DNA of 50,023 nucleotides from an uncultured bacterium (GTDB lineage Bacteria > Abyssobacteria > SURF-5): contig CAZSKP010000032.1 in assembly GCA_964607485.1 (NCBI GenBank), positions 1 to 50,023 on the forward strand. The letters are read 5' to 3'. Of the stretch, positions 9,238 to 18,556 are shown one piece after another (position 1 is the stretch's first letter; every line of letters starts with the position of its first letter). The notes beneath the pieces were generated by a model, which was not told the DNA's origin, made no database searches, and worked only from the letters and a program-made list of their open reading frames with translations. Made by a program: the position numbers and the translations under genes.

Positions 9238-10827
9238 ATGAAAAAGCTTACCGACGAACTTGCCAAAGAAACGTACAAGGGAGTGCAGGTGCTGAACTAT
9301 AAGCGCAGGCCCCGCAACCTCCATTCCATCCTGCAAGCATCCGCAGAGAAATTCCCCCAGAAGACTATTTTCGAGTTCGATTCGGGCGCGATAACCTACG
9401 AACAATTTTCCAAGGACGTGGACAGTTTCGCCGCCGCGATGCAGAAGACCCTCGGCATCACGAAGGGCGACAGGGTGGCGTTGCTACTGGGGAACGACAT
9501 CGCCTTCCCTCTCACTCTCTTTGCCGCCGCCAGGATAGGCGCTGTGTCGGTCCCGATCAACACGCGTTTCGTCGCAATGGAGATCGCGTTCATCCTTGGC
9601 AATTGTGGCGCGAGCACGGTTGTGGTTCATCCCGATTACTGGAAGGAATGCCTTCGTGCGAAACGGTCGGCGCCGAACGTGAAGCACATGGTTCTGGCCG
9701 GTTCTTTGAAGGGCGTGACCGATTGTTTTGAGCTGGGGGAGTTTTTGGAAAATTCGCAGGGCGAACCGGATCGGGTCGACGTGCGCGAAGACGAACTAGC
9801 GAGCATCTTCTATACTGCCGGAACCCTGGGAAAGCCCAAAGGAGCGATGTGCACGCATCGCAATTTCTCCACAAATTCCATCAATGTCGAGGTGGCTAGC
9901 GGAATAACGCCCGATGACAGGGCGCTTATCTGCGTGCCTCTGTCTCATCCCACCGGGTGTAACAGCCAGTTGATCACGGGTGTCTACGTCGGCTGCACGA
10001 ACGTGGTCCAGGGGCACTTCAACGCCGATGAGACGCTTACGTTAATCAAGAAGGCCAGGATTTCGACAATCGTCGGAGTTCCCACCATATATTGGCTCCT
10101 GCTGGCTCAGATGAAGCTGAAGGGGTACGATTTCGGCTCGCTCCGAAACGTAATTTACGGAGGCGCGCCAGCCTCGCCCGAGCTCGTACGGAGGCTTCGC
10201 GAAGCGTTCCCCTCGGCACGTCTCGGAAACGGCTACGGATTGACCGAAAGCACTTCTCTCGCCACGTTCTTGCCCGATGAATACGCGATGCAGAAACCCG
10301 ATTCCGTTGGGCCGCCCGTGCCGACGGTGGAGGTAAGGATCGTGACCGACGAGGGACGCGACGTGGCTGCCGGAAAGATCGGAGAAGTACTTCTGAAGGG
10401 GCCCAGCGTGGTCGACGGATACTGGCAAGACCCCAACGCGACCAGTGAGATCTTTGCCGATGGATGGCTTCGCACGGGCGACATGGGGCGGCTCGACGAC
10501 GAGGGGTTCCTGTACATCGTCGACCGAAAGAAGGATATGATCATTCGGGGTGGCGAAAACATTTACTGCGTTGAGATAGAAAACGTGCTCGAATCGCATC
10601 CGGGCGTCTTCCAGGCGGCCGTCGTCGGCGAACCCGATAAGGTATTCGGCGAGCAGGTGAAGGCATTTATCGTCCCGGAACATGGGCATTCGCTTTCCGT
10701 GGACGAAATACTGGATTTCTGCGACGACCATCTCGCCGACTTCAAGATTCCGAAGTATGTCGAGTTTGTGGATGCGCTCCCCCGCAATCCGGCAGGCAAG
10801 GTGGACAAGCGGGTGCTTAGGCGCTGA
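9238..10827 (+). CDS. AMP-forming acyl-CoA synthetase (class I adenylate-forming enzyme)
   Basis: YTAGTLGKPKG, GYGLTE, RTGDMG, DRKKDMIIRGGENIY, LPRNPAGK. Confidence 0.92.
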   Translation: MKKLTDELAKETYKGVQVLNYKRRPRNLHSILQASAEKFPQKTIFEFDSGAITYEQFSKDVDSFAAAMQKTLGITKGDRVALLLGNDIAFPLTLFAAARIGAVSVPINTRFVAMEIAFILGNCGASTVVVHPDYWKECLRAKRSAPNVKHMVLAGSLKGVTDCFELGEFLENSQGEPDRVDVREDELASIFYTAGTLGKPKGAMCTHRNFSTNSINVEVASGITPDDRALICVPLSHPTGCNSQLITGVYVGCTNVVQGHFNADETLTLIKKARISTIVGVPTIYWLLLAQMKLKGYDFGSLRNVIYGGAPASPELVRRLREAFPSARLGNGYGLTESTSLATFLPDEYAMQKPDSVGPPVPTVEVRIVTDEGRDVAAGKIGEVLLKGPSVVDGYWQDPNATSEIFADGWLRTGDMGRLDDEGFLYIVDRKKDMIIRGGENIYCVEIENVLESHPGVFQAAVVGEPDKVFGEQVKAFIVPEHGHSLSVDEILDFCDDHLADFKIPKYVEFVDALPRNPAGKVDKRVLRR

Positions 10828-10897
10828 GAGGAAAGAAAATATATACCCGGGGGAGCTTCATCGCGAAAAGGTACACAAACGTGGAGGAGTTCGTTCT

Positions 10898-12688
10898 ATG
10901 GATGACGCTGTCGTAGGTCGGATGTTTTTCAACAGGGTCGAGCGCAATGGCCCGCGTACTCTTTTCAAAGTCAAACGCGGGGGCGAGTACAGGGACATTA
11001 CGTGGGACGAGGCCGGTCGGACCGTCAAAGAGTTCGCGCTCGGGCTGCTCGAACTCGGAATCGAGCACGGAGACCGGATTTCGCTCCTGTCGGAGAACCG
11101 TCCGGAATGGGCTTTTGCCGACCTCGCGATATTATCCATCGGCGCCGTTAACGTCCCGATTTATGCCACGAACACTCCAAAGCAGGTCGAGTACATCGTC
11201 AAGGATTCGGCCTCGCGCACCCTGATCGTCTCCAGCGAGAAACAACTCGCGAAAGCAATCGAAGCGAGGCCCAACTGCCCCTCCATGGAAAAGATCATAG
11301 TCCTTGACGAAGTAGGAAAGACCGATTACCCGATGGTGAGCACCTTTGCGGAAGTGTGCAAAACCGGGGCAGCGTCGGACAAGGAGGATGTTTTCCAACG
11401 ACGCCTGCAGGCCGTCAAGCCGGATGAGCTGGCGAGCATAATCTATACGTCGGGCACCACCGGCGACCCCAAGGGCGTGATGCTTATCCACGACAACTTC
11501 CTGTCCAATTGTCGCTCCGTGGAGCAGATCCTGCCGATAACCGAGGAGGACTGCTGTCTTTCGTTCCTGCCCTTGAGCCATTCATTCGAACGCATGGCGG
11601 GCTACTACACCCCCATTTTCATGGGCACGACGATAGCATACGCCGAGAGCGTCGATAAGGTCAGGGACAATCTCAAGGAAGTCAGGCCGACCTTTATGGC
11701 GAGCGTCCCGCGCATCTACGAAAAATTTCACGCCGCGGTGCTTGAACAGGTGAGCTCCGGTCCGCCTATCAAGCAAAAGATATTCAACTGGAGCTTCAGG
11801 GTGGGCCGAGAAATGAGCGCTTACAAGGTGGCTAAAAAGAACCCGCCTCTTTCACTGAAGCTGAAATACAAGATTGCCGACGCGCTCGTCTTCAAGAAGA
11901 TAAAGGAAAACGTCGGCGGACGGCTCAAGTATTTCGTTTCGGGCGGCGCTCCCCTGGCGCAGGAGATAAACGAGTTCTTCCACGCCCTCGGCATCACGAT
12001 TCTCGAGGGCTACGGCCTGACCGAAACCTCGCCCGTCCTGACCACGAATACGCCCGAACATTTCAAGTTCGGCACGGTCGGAAAACCCGTTCCCGATGTG
12101 ACGATTAAGATCGCGCCCGACGGCGAGATTCTGGCGAAAGGGCCGAATATCATGGTCGGTTACTTCAACAAGCCCGCCGAAACAGCCGAGGCGCTCGACG
12201 CGGAGGGCTTTTTCCACACCGGCGACGTCGGCGTCCTGGACGAGGACGGTTTCCTCAAGATTACCGACCGGAAAAAAGACTTAATCGTCACCGCAGGCGG
12301 CAAGAACATCGCGCCCCAGAATATCGAGAATATGCTGAAGGCGGAGCCGTACATAAGCAACGTGATGGTGCACGGCGACAGGAGGAAGTTCCTCTCGGCG
12401 CTCGTCGTGCCCGATTTCGAAAAGCTGGAAAAGTTCGCCGCCGAACAAGGGATACAGTACAACTCGATGTCGGACCTCGTTAAGGATCAGAAGGTCGTCG
12501 CTCTGATACAAGAGCGGGTTGACGCCGTCAACAAGCAACTGGCTCGCTTCGAGACAATCAAGAAGTTCTCCATTCTGGACAAAGAGTTCACGCTGGAAGA
12601 CGGCGAGCTGACGCCGACGCTGAAGGTCAAGCGAAAAGTCGTCTCTCAGAAATACAAGGACATATTGGATTCGTTCTATAAGGGGTGA
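10898..12688 (+). CDS. long-chain-fatty-acid--CoA ligase
   Basis: ATG after GGAGGAG. YTSGTTGDPKG, LPLSHSFER, SGGAPL, EGYGLTE, TGDVG, ITDRKKDLIVTAGGKNIAP, ELTPTLKVKR. Confidence 0.93.
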   Translation: MDDAVVGRMFFNRVERNGPRTLFKVKRGGEYRDITWDEAGRTVKEFALGLLELGIEHGDRISLLSENRPEWAFADLAILSIGAVNVPIYATNTPKQVEYIVKDSASRTLIVSSEKQLAKAIEARPNCPSMEKIIVLDEVGKTDYPMVSTFAEVCKTGAASDKEDVFQRRLQAVKPDELASIIYTSGTTGDPKGVMLIHDNFLSNCRSVEQILPITEEDCCLSFLPLSHSFERMAGYYTPIFMGTTIAYAESVDKVRDNLKEVRPTFMASVPRIYEKFHAAVLEQVSSGPPIKQKIFNWSFRVGREMSAYKVAKKNPPLSLKLKYKIADALVFKKIKENVGGRLKYFVSGGAPLAQEINEFFHALGITILEGYGLTETSPVLTTNTPEHFKFGTVGKPVPDVTIKIAPDGEILAKGPNIMVGYFNKPAETAEALDAEGFFHTGDVGVLDEDGFLKITDRKKDLIVTAGGKNIAPQNIENMLKAEPYISNVMVHGDRRKFLSALVVPDFEKLEKFAAEQGIQYNSMSDLVKDQKVVALIQERVDAVNKQLARFETIKKFSILDKEFTLEDGELTPTLKVKRKVVSQKYKDILDSFYKG

Positions 12689-12691
12689 CCG

Positions 12692-13855
12692 TTGAGACAA
12701 GAAACTGAGAAAACCGTTGCCGGATTAGCGCTTCAGGAAATCTCGGCTATTGCGTCGAAGCCGTATGATTACGCGCGGGCATGGAAGGAGCGGACGGGCG
12801 GCCGCGTGTTCGGCTACTTCTGCACCTATTTCCCCGAAGAGCTGCTCCACGCCGCCGGCATACTGCCCATGCGCATACTCGGCGACAAGGAGAATGTGTC
12901 GTTGGCCGATGCGCACGTGCAGGCGTTCATCTGCTCACTCGTTCGCACGAGCCTCGACGCGGCCCTGAAGAAAAAATTCGAGTTCCTCGACGGGGTTGTG
13001 TTTCCCCACTCGTGCGATTCGATTCAGAACCTCGCCGACATATGGCGGCACAATTTCCCGGAACAGTTTTCCGAGGTCGTCGTGCTTCCCGTGTGGATAG
13101 ATGTGCCCGAGGCCGAGGACTACCTTGCCGAAGAGATTTCGCGCTTCAGGCGAAAGCTGGAGGCGCACCTCGGCCGCGAGATTTCCGACGCCGACCTCGC
13201 AAAATCCGTTGACATCTACGATGAGAACCGGGCCGCGCTCATCGAGCTGTATGCGCTCAGGCGCGACAACCCGGGCGCGATAACCGGCAGGGAACTCCTC
13301 GAAGTCGTTCGCGCTTCCATGAGCATGCTCAAGGAAGACCACACGGCGCTTCTCAGGAAGCTCATGAGCGAGCTCAAGGCGGCTCCGAGGGCAAACGACG
13401 CGAGCGTCCGCGTCGTGCTCTATGGCAACGCGTGCGACCATCCCGGCATAATGGACCTGTTCGAGGAGATGGAGGCCGTGGTAGTCGATGACGACCTGTG
13501 CACCGGCTCGCGTTATTTCCTTCACACCGAGCCGTCCGACGGCGACCCGATACGAAGGATTGCTCGAAGATACATTAAACGTGTGCCGTGTCCGTCGAAG
13601 CACACCAACGGTTTCGACCGGCGGCGATATCTGGTCGACATGGTGAAGCGGAGCGAGGCCGACGGCGTTGTGATGCTTATCCTGAAATTCTGCGACCCGC
13701 ACGCCTTTGATTATCCCGATCTCGCGAAGCGTCTCACCGAGTCGAACATTCCTCACCTCTTGATCGAGACTGAGATGCAGCCGACATCGATCGAGCAGGT
13801 GCGAACAAGGTTGCAGGCCTTTGTGGAGATGCTGAAGGAGAAGAAAAATGGCTGA
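12692..13855 (+). CDS. 2-hydroxyacyl-CoA dehydratase / benzoyl-CoA reductase family subunit (HgdB/BzdN-like)
   Basis: FCTYFPEELLHAAG, HSCD, VVDDDLCTGSR, KFCDPH, QVRTRLQAFVEML. Confidence 0.88.
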   Translation: MRQETEKTVAGLALQEISAIASKPYDYARAWKERTGGRVFGYFCTYFPEELLHAAGILPMRILGDKENVSLADAHVQAFICSLVRTSLDAALKKKFEFLDGVVFPHSCDSIQNLADIWRHNFPEQFSEVVVLPVWIDVPEAEDYLAEEISRFRRKLEAHLGREISDADLAKSVDIYDENRAALIELYALRRDNPGAITGRELLEVVRASMSMLKEDHTALLRKLMSELKAAPRANDASVRVVLYGNACDHPGIMDLFEEMEAVVVDDDLCTGSRYFLHTEPSDGDPIRRIARRYIKRVPCPSKHTNGFDRRRYLVDMVKRSEADGVVMLILKFCDPHAFDYPDLAKRLTESNIPHLLIETEMQPTSIEQVRTRLQAFVEMLKEKKNG

Positions 13856-15074
13856 AAGACGATCTCCAAAAATTTACGCAGGCAGCCGCATGAAAGAGAT
13901 GATGTCGATGTACTATCTCGAGGCGAAAAACGCGGCCGACAACAACCAGAAAGTCGCGTGGATCACCAGCGGCGGCCCGGTGGAGCTCCTCATCGCGATG
14001 GATGTGATTCCCATCTATCCCGAAAACCACGGGGCGATGTGCGGCGTCACCCGGATGGGGGTGGAGCTCAGCGAGGTCGCGGAAGAGATGGGCTTTTCGC
14101 GCGACGTGTGCTCCTACGCGCGGACCGACATCGGCTCGGCGGTCTCGGGGAAAAGCCCGATCATGGGACTTCCCAAGCCGGATTTCCTGGTCTGTTGCAA
14201 CAACATCTGCGGCACGGTGACAAAGTGGTACGAGGTGCTGGCGCGGTTGTTTGACGTTCCGCTCGTTTTTGTGGACGCGCCGTTCATACACGACGAGCTG
14301 ACACAGAACAGCCTCGACTATGTCAAACACCAGATCAAGCGAGCCATCGCTCAGATGGAGTCGATACTCGGGAAGAAGTTCGACATGGACCGGTTCACCG
14401 AGGTCGCCTCGCTTTCGGGCGAAGCCGCAGACCTCTGGGGCGAAGTTCTGGATATATGCAAGAACATCCCTTCCCCCATGAGCGCGTTTGACGGGTTCAT
14501 CCTCATGGCGCCCATCGTCACGCTTCGCGGCAAGCAGGAAGTCTTGGACTTCTACAAACTGCTGAAACAGGAACTCGCCGAGCGGGTCGCCAACGGAGTC
14601 GCGGCGGTGCCCGGCGAGCGGTATCGCCTCCTGTGGGACAACCTCCCCATCTGGTACAAGATGCGCGAGTTGTCCGAAAAATTCATCGACCTCAATGCGT
14701 GCATCGTTGCCTCGACGTACCTGAACGCATGGGCGGCCACCGAGCTCGACGCGACCGAGCCCATCGAGGGAATCGCGCGCGCGTATGCCTGTGCCTTTGT
14801 GAACCAGAGCATCCAATACCGGGCAAAGATGATGCGCGAGATCGTGGAACAGTATTCGGTTGATGGCGTCATATTCCACTCGAATCGGAGTTGCAGGCCT
14901 TATTCGCTCGGCCAGTACGACATCAAGGATATGCTGACGGAGTGGACGGGGGTGCCCGGCATCCTCATCGAGGCCGACATGAACGACGAGCGCGCGTACG
15001 CCGAAGGCCCGGTGTTCACTCGCATCGAGGCCTTCATCGAGACGCTTCAGCCGAGACGCGAAGTAACCGTCTGA
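13848..15074 (+). CDS. 2-hydroxyacyl-CoA dehydratase / benzoyl-CoA reductase family subunit (HgdA/BzdO-like)
   Basis: PVELLIAMD, YPENH, DVCSY, NNICGTVTKW, HSNRSC, TRIEAFIE. Overlaps the previous gene. Confidence 0.88.
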   Translation: MAERRSPKIYAGSRMKEMMSMYYLEAKNAADNNQKVAWITSGGPVELLIAMDVIPIYPENHGAMCGVTRMGVELSEVAEEMGFSRDVCSYARTDIGSAVSGKSPIMGLPKPDFLVCCNNICGTVTKWYEVLARLFDVPLVFVDAPFIHDELTQNSLDYVKHQIKRAIAQMESILGKKFDMDRFTEVASLSGEAADLWGEVLDICKNIPSPMSAFDGFILMAPIVTLRGKQEVLDFYKLLKQELAERVANGVAAVPGERYRLLWDNLPIWYKMRELSEKFIDLNACIVASTYLNAWAATELDATEPIEGIARAYACAFVNQSIQYRAKMMREIVEQYSVDGVIFHSNRSCRPYSLGQYDIKDMLTEWTGVPGILIEADMNDERAYAEGPVFTRIEAFIETLQPRREVTV

Positions 15075-15130
15075 GAATCCGTTCCACGGTTGCGACGGAA
15101 GCTGTCTCCATTGCTTTTGCGGATATTTCC

Positions 15131-15192
15131 GTAGGGGCGCATGGCCGTGCGCCTATTGAGTTCCCGTTGTAGGGGCGCAGAATGCTGCGCCC
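15131..15192 (+). repeat. two tandem GTAG-type REP-like palindromes
   Basis: GTAGGGGCGCATGGCCGTGCGCC (15131-15153) and GTAGGGGCGCAGAATGCTGCGCCC (15169-15192). Each is a GTAG tetranucleotide followed by a GC-rich hairpin. Confidence 0.75.
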
Positions 15193-15217
15193 ATTTCCGG
15201 CACCAAAGGAGTGACCG

Positions 15218-16354
15218 ATGAGCTTTGAACTGACCGAGGAACAGGAAAGCCTGCGGCGCACGGTACAGAAATTCGCGGAAAAGGAGCTTGTGCCCATCGC
15301 GGCCGAGGCCGAGGAAAAAGGAGAGTTCCACCGCGAAATCTACGGCAAGCTGGCCGACATCGGGCTGCTCGGAATCCCATGTGCCGAGGAATACGGCGGC
15401 GCCGGCCTCGACTACTTCACCTACGCAATCGTCATCGAGGAGATAGCCAGGTATTGCCTCGCTACGGCCATCGGGCTTGCCGTGCAGGGGCTGCCGCAGA
15501 TCATGATAGGCACCTTCGGCACCGATGCGCAGAAGAAAAAGTATCTCGCCCCGCTGGCCACCGGAAAGACGCTCGGCGCCTTCGCTCTCACCGAACCGAG
15601 CGCGGGCTCCGACGCGGCATCGCTCAAGACAACCGCCTCGCTCGATGGCGACAGCTACGTGCTGAACGGGACGAAGGTGTTCATCACGCACGGCGGCCTG
15701 GCCGACGTTTACCTCGTGATGGCGAGGACCAACCCCGAAAAAGGCGCACGGGGAATCAGCTCGTTCATTATCGAAGACGGCGCGCCTGGCTTTTCGTTCG
15801 GAAAGATCGAGAAAAAGATGGGCGTCCGCGCGTCTCCCGTCCGTGAGCTCATCTTCGAGGATTGCCGCGTTCCCCGTGAGAACCTCGTCGGCAATGAGGG
15901 CGACGGGTTCAAGATAGCCATGATGGCGCTCGACTCCGGTCGCATCACCATCGCCGCGTCCGCCGTCGGCGTGGCCCAGGCTGCTCTCGACGAATCGATA
16001 AAATACGCAAAGCAGCGCGAGCAGTTCGGCCAGCCGATAGCGAATTTTCAGGCGATCCAGTTCATGCTCGCCGACATGGCGACCTCCATTCGCGCCTCGC
16101 GCAACCTGGTCAGAGAGGCCGCGTACCTCAAGGATAACGGCAAGCCGTTCTCGCATGTCGCCGCGATGGCCAAGCTGTTCGCGACCGACACGGCCATGAA
16201 GGTGACGACCGACGCCGTCCAGATTTTCGGCGGCTACGGCTACATGCAGGACTACCCCGTCGAGCGCCTGATGCGTGCGGCAAAGGTCACTCAGATAGTC
16301 GAGGGCACAAACCAGATTCAGCGCATGGTCATCGCGCGGAATCTGCTGAAGTAA
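15218..16354 (+). CDS. acyl-CoA dehydrogenase (short/branched-chain type)
   Basis: EYGGAG, AFALTEPSAGSD, LNGTKVFIT, KMGVRAS, REQFGQPI, GGYGY, EGTNQIQR. Confidence 0.95.
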   Translation: MSFELTEEQESLRRTVQKFAEKELVPIAAEAEEKGEFHREIYGKLADIGLLGIPCAEEYGGAGLDYFTYAIVIEEIARYCLATAIGLAVQGLPQIMIGTFGTDAQKKKYLAPLATGKTLGAFALTEPSAGSDAASLKTTASLDGDSYVLNGTKVFITHGGLADVYLVMARTNPEKGARGISSFIIEDGAPGFSFGKIEKKMGVRASPVRELIFEDCRVPRENLVGNEGDGFKIAMMALDSGRITIAASAVGVAQAALDESIKYAKQREQFGQPIANFQAIQFMLADMATSIRASRNLVREAAYLKDNGKPFSHVAAMAKLFATDTAMKVTTDAVQIFGGYGYMQDYPVERLMRAAKVTQIVEGTNQIQRMVIARNLLK

Positions 16355-16372
16355 ATTGAAAAGAAGAGGAAA

Positions 16373-17122
16373 ATGGAAGACCTGATTGAGAGGGCGGCCA
16401 GGAAAATAGCCGCAGCAGAGAAGGTGGTCGCGCTCACCGGCGCGGGCCTCTCGGTCGATAGCGGCATACCGGCGTTCCGGGGCACGCAGGGGCTGTGGGA
16501 CAAGTACAATCCCGCCGAGTACGCCACCATCGACGCGTTCCTGTCCAACCCGCTCAAGGTCTGGACGATGCTCCGCGAGCTTGGCGAGGTCGTCGACGAG
16601 GCGAAGCCGAACTCGGGCCACACTGGCCTTGCGGAGCTCGAATCGCTGGGCAAGCTCAGGAGCATCGTGACGCAGAACGTGGACGGTCTGCATCAGGCCG
16701 CCGGAAACTCGTGCGTCATCGAGTTTCACGGGAACGGCCGGAGACTGGTCTGCCCTTCCTGCAGGCGGCGATATGACAGGGAGGACATCCGGCCGGAGAT
16801 GTTCCCCCCGATGTGCGCGTGCCTGAACGTGCTCAAGCCCGACGTGGTGTTCTTCGGCGAGATGATTCCGATGCACGCGCTTGTGGCCGCTCAGGCGGAA
16901 GTGCGGGAATGTGATGTCATGCTGGTGGTGGGAACGTCGGCGCAGGTCGAGCCCGCGGCCAGCCTGCCGTACGCCGCCAAATCGGTGGGAGCGACAATCG
17001 TCGAGATCAATCCCGAGCCCACTCCTCTGACATACAACCTGGCCGACATCGCGATTCACGAGAGCGCATCGACGGCGGTCCCGGCGATCGCGACGTTTGT
17101 GAGGGAATTTCTGCGGAAGTGA
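16373..17122 (+). CDS. cobB: NAD-dependent protein deacylase (sirtuin)
   Basis: TGAGLSVDSGIPAFRG, TQNVDGLH, HG, CPSC...CAC zinc site, KPDVVFFGE, VGTS, EIN. Confidence 0.92.
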   Translation: MEDLIERAARKIAAAEKVVALTGAGLSVDSGIPAFRGTQGLWDKYNPAEYATIDAFLSNPLKVWTMLRELGEVVDEAKPNSGHTGLAELESLGKLRSIVTQNVDGLHQAAGNSCVIEFHGNGRRLVCPSCRRRYDREDIRPEMFPPMCACLNVLKPDVVFFGEMIPMHALVAAQAEVRECDVMLVVGTSAQVEPAASLPYAAKSVGATIVEINPEPTPLTYNLADIAIHESASTAVPAIATFVREFLRK

Positions 17123-17190
17123 TCGCGCTCTGCAGAATAGTCGGCCGGCGAGTCGAATGATTACGACAGAAAAGCATTCAGGAGGTATGG

Positions 17191-17730
17191 ATGGACGCAA
17201 TCGAAGCAATTAAGACCCGCCGCAGCATCAGACAGTACAAGGACACACCGGTCACCGACGAACAGCTAAGGACCGTTCTCGAGGCCATACAGTGGGCCCC
17301 ATCGTGGGCCAACGTGCAGTGCTGGGAAATCGTTCTGGTCAAAAACCCCGCCGTCAAGGAAAAGCTTGCGGGAACGCTCTCGCCGGGCAACCCCTCGACC
17401 GATGCCGTCAAGAAGGCCCCGATAGTCATCGTCGCATGCGCGAAAAAGGGGCAGTCCGGATACTATAAAGGCCAGGCGATAACCACAAAGGGCGACTGGC
17501 TGATGTATGATATGGGACTCGCGATGGAGAACCTGTCGCTCGCGGCCCACTCGATAGGACTTGGCACCGTTCAAATAGGCGCGTTTGTCGCCGAAGACGC
17601 CGAAAAGGTGTTGGGCGTGCCCGAGGGCTTCACCGTTGTCGCAATGACGCCGCTCGGCGTTCCCGCCGCCGACAGCCGCGCTCCCAAGAGACGCGCCGTC
17701 GAAGAGTTCGTTCACCATGACAGGTTCTGA
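17191..17730 (+). CDS. nitroreductase family protein
   Basis: RRSIRQY, APSWANVQ, LAAHSIGLGT. Confidence 0.92.
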   Translation: MDAIEAIKTRRSIRQYKDTPVTDEQLRTVLEAIQWAPSWANVQCWEIVLVKNPAVKEKLAGTLSPGNPSTDAVKKAPIVIVACAKKGQSGYYKGQAITTKGDWLMYDMGLAMENLSLAAHSIGLGTVQIGAFVAEDAEKVLGVPEGFTVVAMTPLGVPAADSRAPKRRAVEEFVHHDRF

Positions 17731-17785
17731 ATGACGGAGTAGTTTCTCTGAAGTTCAGACCCGGTCATGCGCGCGAGGAAGACTT

Positions 17786-18556
17786 GTGAAAAAACTCGAC
17801 CCGGAGAAAGTCGCCGCATTCGAATTCGATAGGGGGCCGGTCGGCTGCCTGCTCACCCATGGCTTCACCGGCTCGCCGTTCGAGATGCGCGAGTTGGGCG
17901 AATATCTCGCCGACAAGGGCATCACCGTGCTGTGCAGACCGCTTCCCGGCCACGGCACGACTCCGTACGACATGCTCCGAACGAACTGGTACGACTGGTA
18001 TGGAGCATGCGTGGCGAACCTTGCGGAGCTGAGCGCGAAATGTGAGAAGGTGTTCCTCTGTGGCATGTCTATGGGCGGAACTCTCAGCCTGCACGCGGCC
18101 GCTCATTACGCGCGTCAGTACAAGGTTGTCGGCGTCGCCGCATACGCCGCTCCCGTATATCTCAAGAACGCGCTGCTGCCCCTGGTGCCGCTTTTGAAAA
18201 GATTCGTGAAGTTCAAGCCGTCCTCCGGCAGCGACATCGCCGATCTCGTCGCCTGCGAGCAGCAGCAGAGCTACGACCGCACCCCGCTCGAATGCGTTTC
18301 CTCTCTCCTCGAACTGCTCGCCCATGTCAAACACGACCTTCAGGATGTCGCCGTACCCGTCCTTCTGATTCAAAGCAAGAACGACAACACGGTTCACCCG
18401 CCGAACGTCCATCTCATACACTCTCTGCTCGGTACCCGCGACAAGACCATAATAGAGGTCGAGAGGTCCTATCACGTCGTCACGGTGGATTATGACAAGG
18501 AACTCGTCAAGGAGAAGACGTTCGAGTTCGTGCGACGGGTCGGAAATCTTGAATGA
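17786..18556 (+). CDS. alpha/beta-hydrolase carboxylesterase
   Basis: HGFTGSP, LPGHGT, GMSMGG nucleophile elbow, D..V and SYH triad positions. Confidence 0.92.
   Translation: MKKLDPEKVAAFEFDRGPVGCLLTHGFTGSPFEMRELGEYLADKGITVLCRPLPGHGTTPYDMLRTNWYDWYGACVANLAELSAKCEKVFLCGMSMGGTLSLHAAAHYARQYKVVGVAAYAAPVYLKNALLPLVPLLKRFVKFKPSSGSDIADLVACEQQQSYDRTPLECVSSLLELLAHVKHDLQDVAVPVLLIQSKNDNTVHPPNVHLIHSLLGTRDKTIIEVERSYHVVTVDYDKELVKEKTFEFVRRVGNLE

Noticed and set aside
12686-12694. In-frame TGA between the fatty-acid ligase and the dehydratase subunit (possible readthrough fusion)
   Set aside because: The ligase ends at its normal C-terminus, there is no redox Cys context, and AAGGGG provides an SD for the TTG start. 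Ordinary translational coupling explains it.
15047-17209. 720-aa minus-strand ORF
   Set aside because: Antisense shadow of the acyl-CoA dehydrogenase and sirtuin genes in GC-rich DNA, with no motifs.
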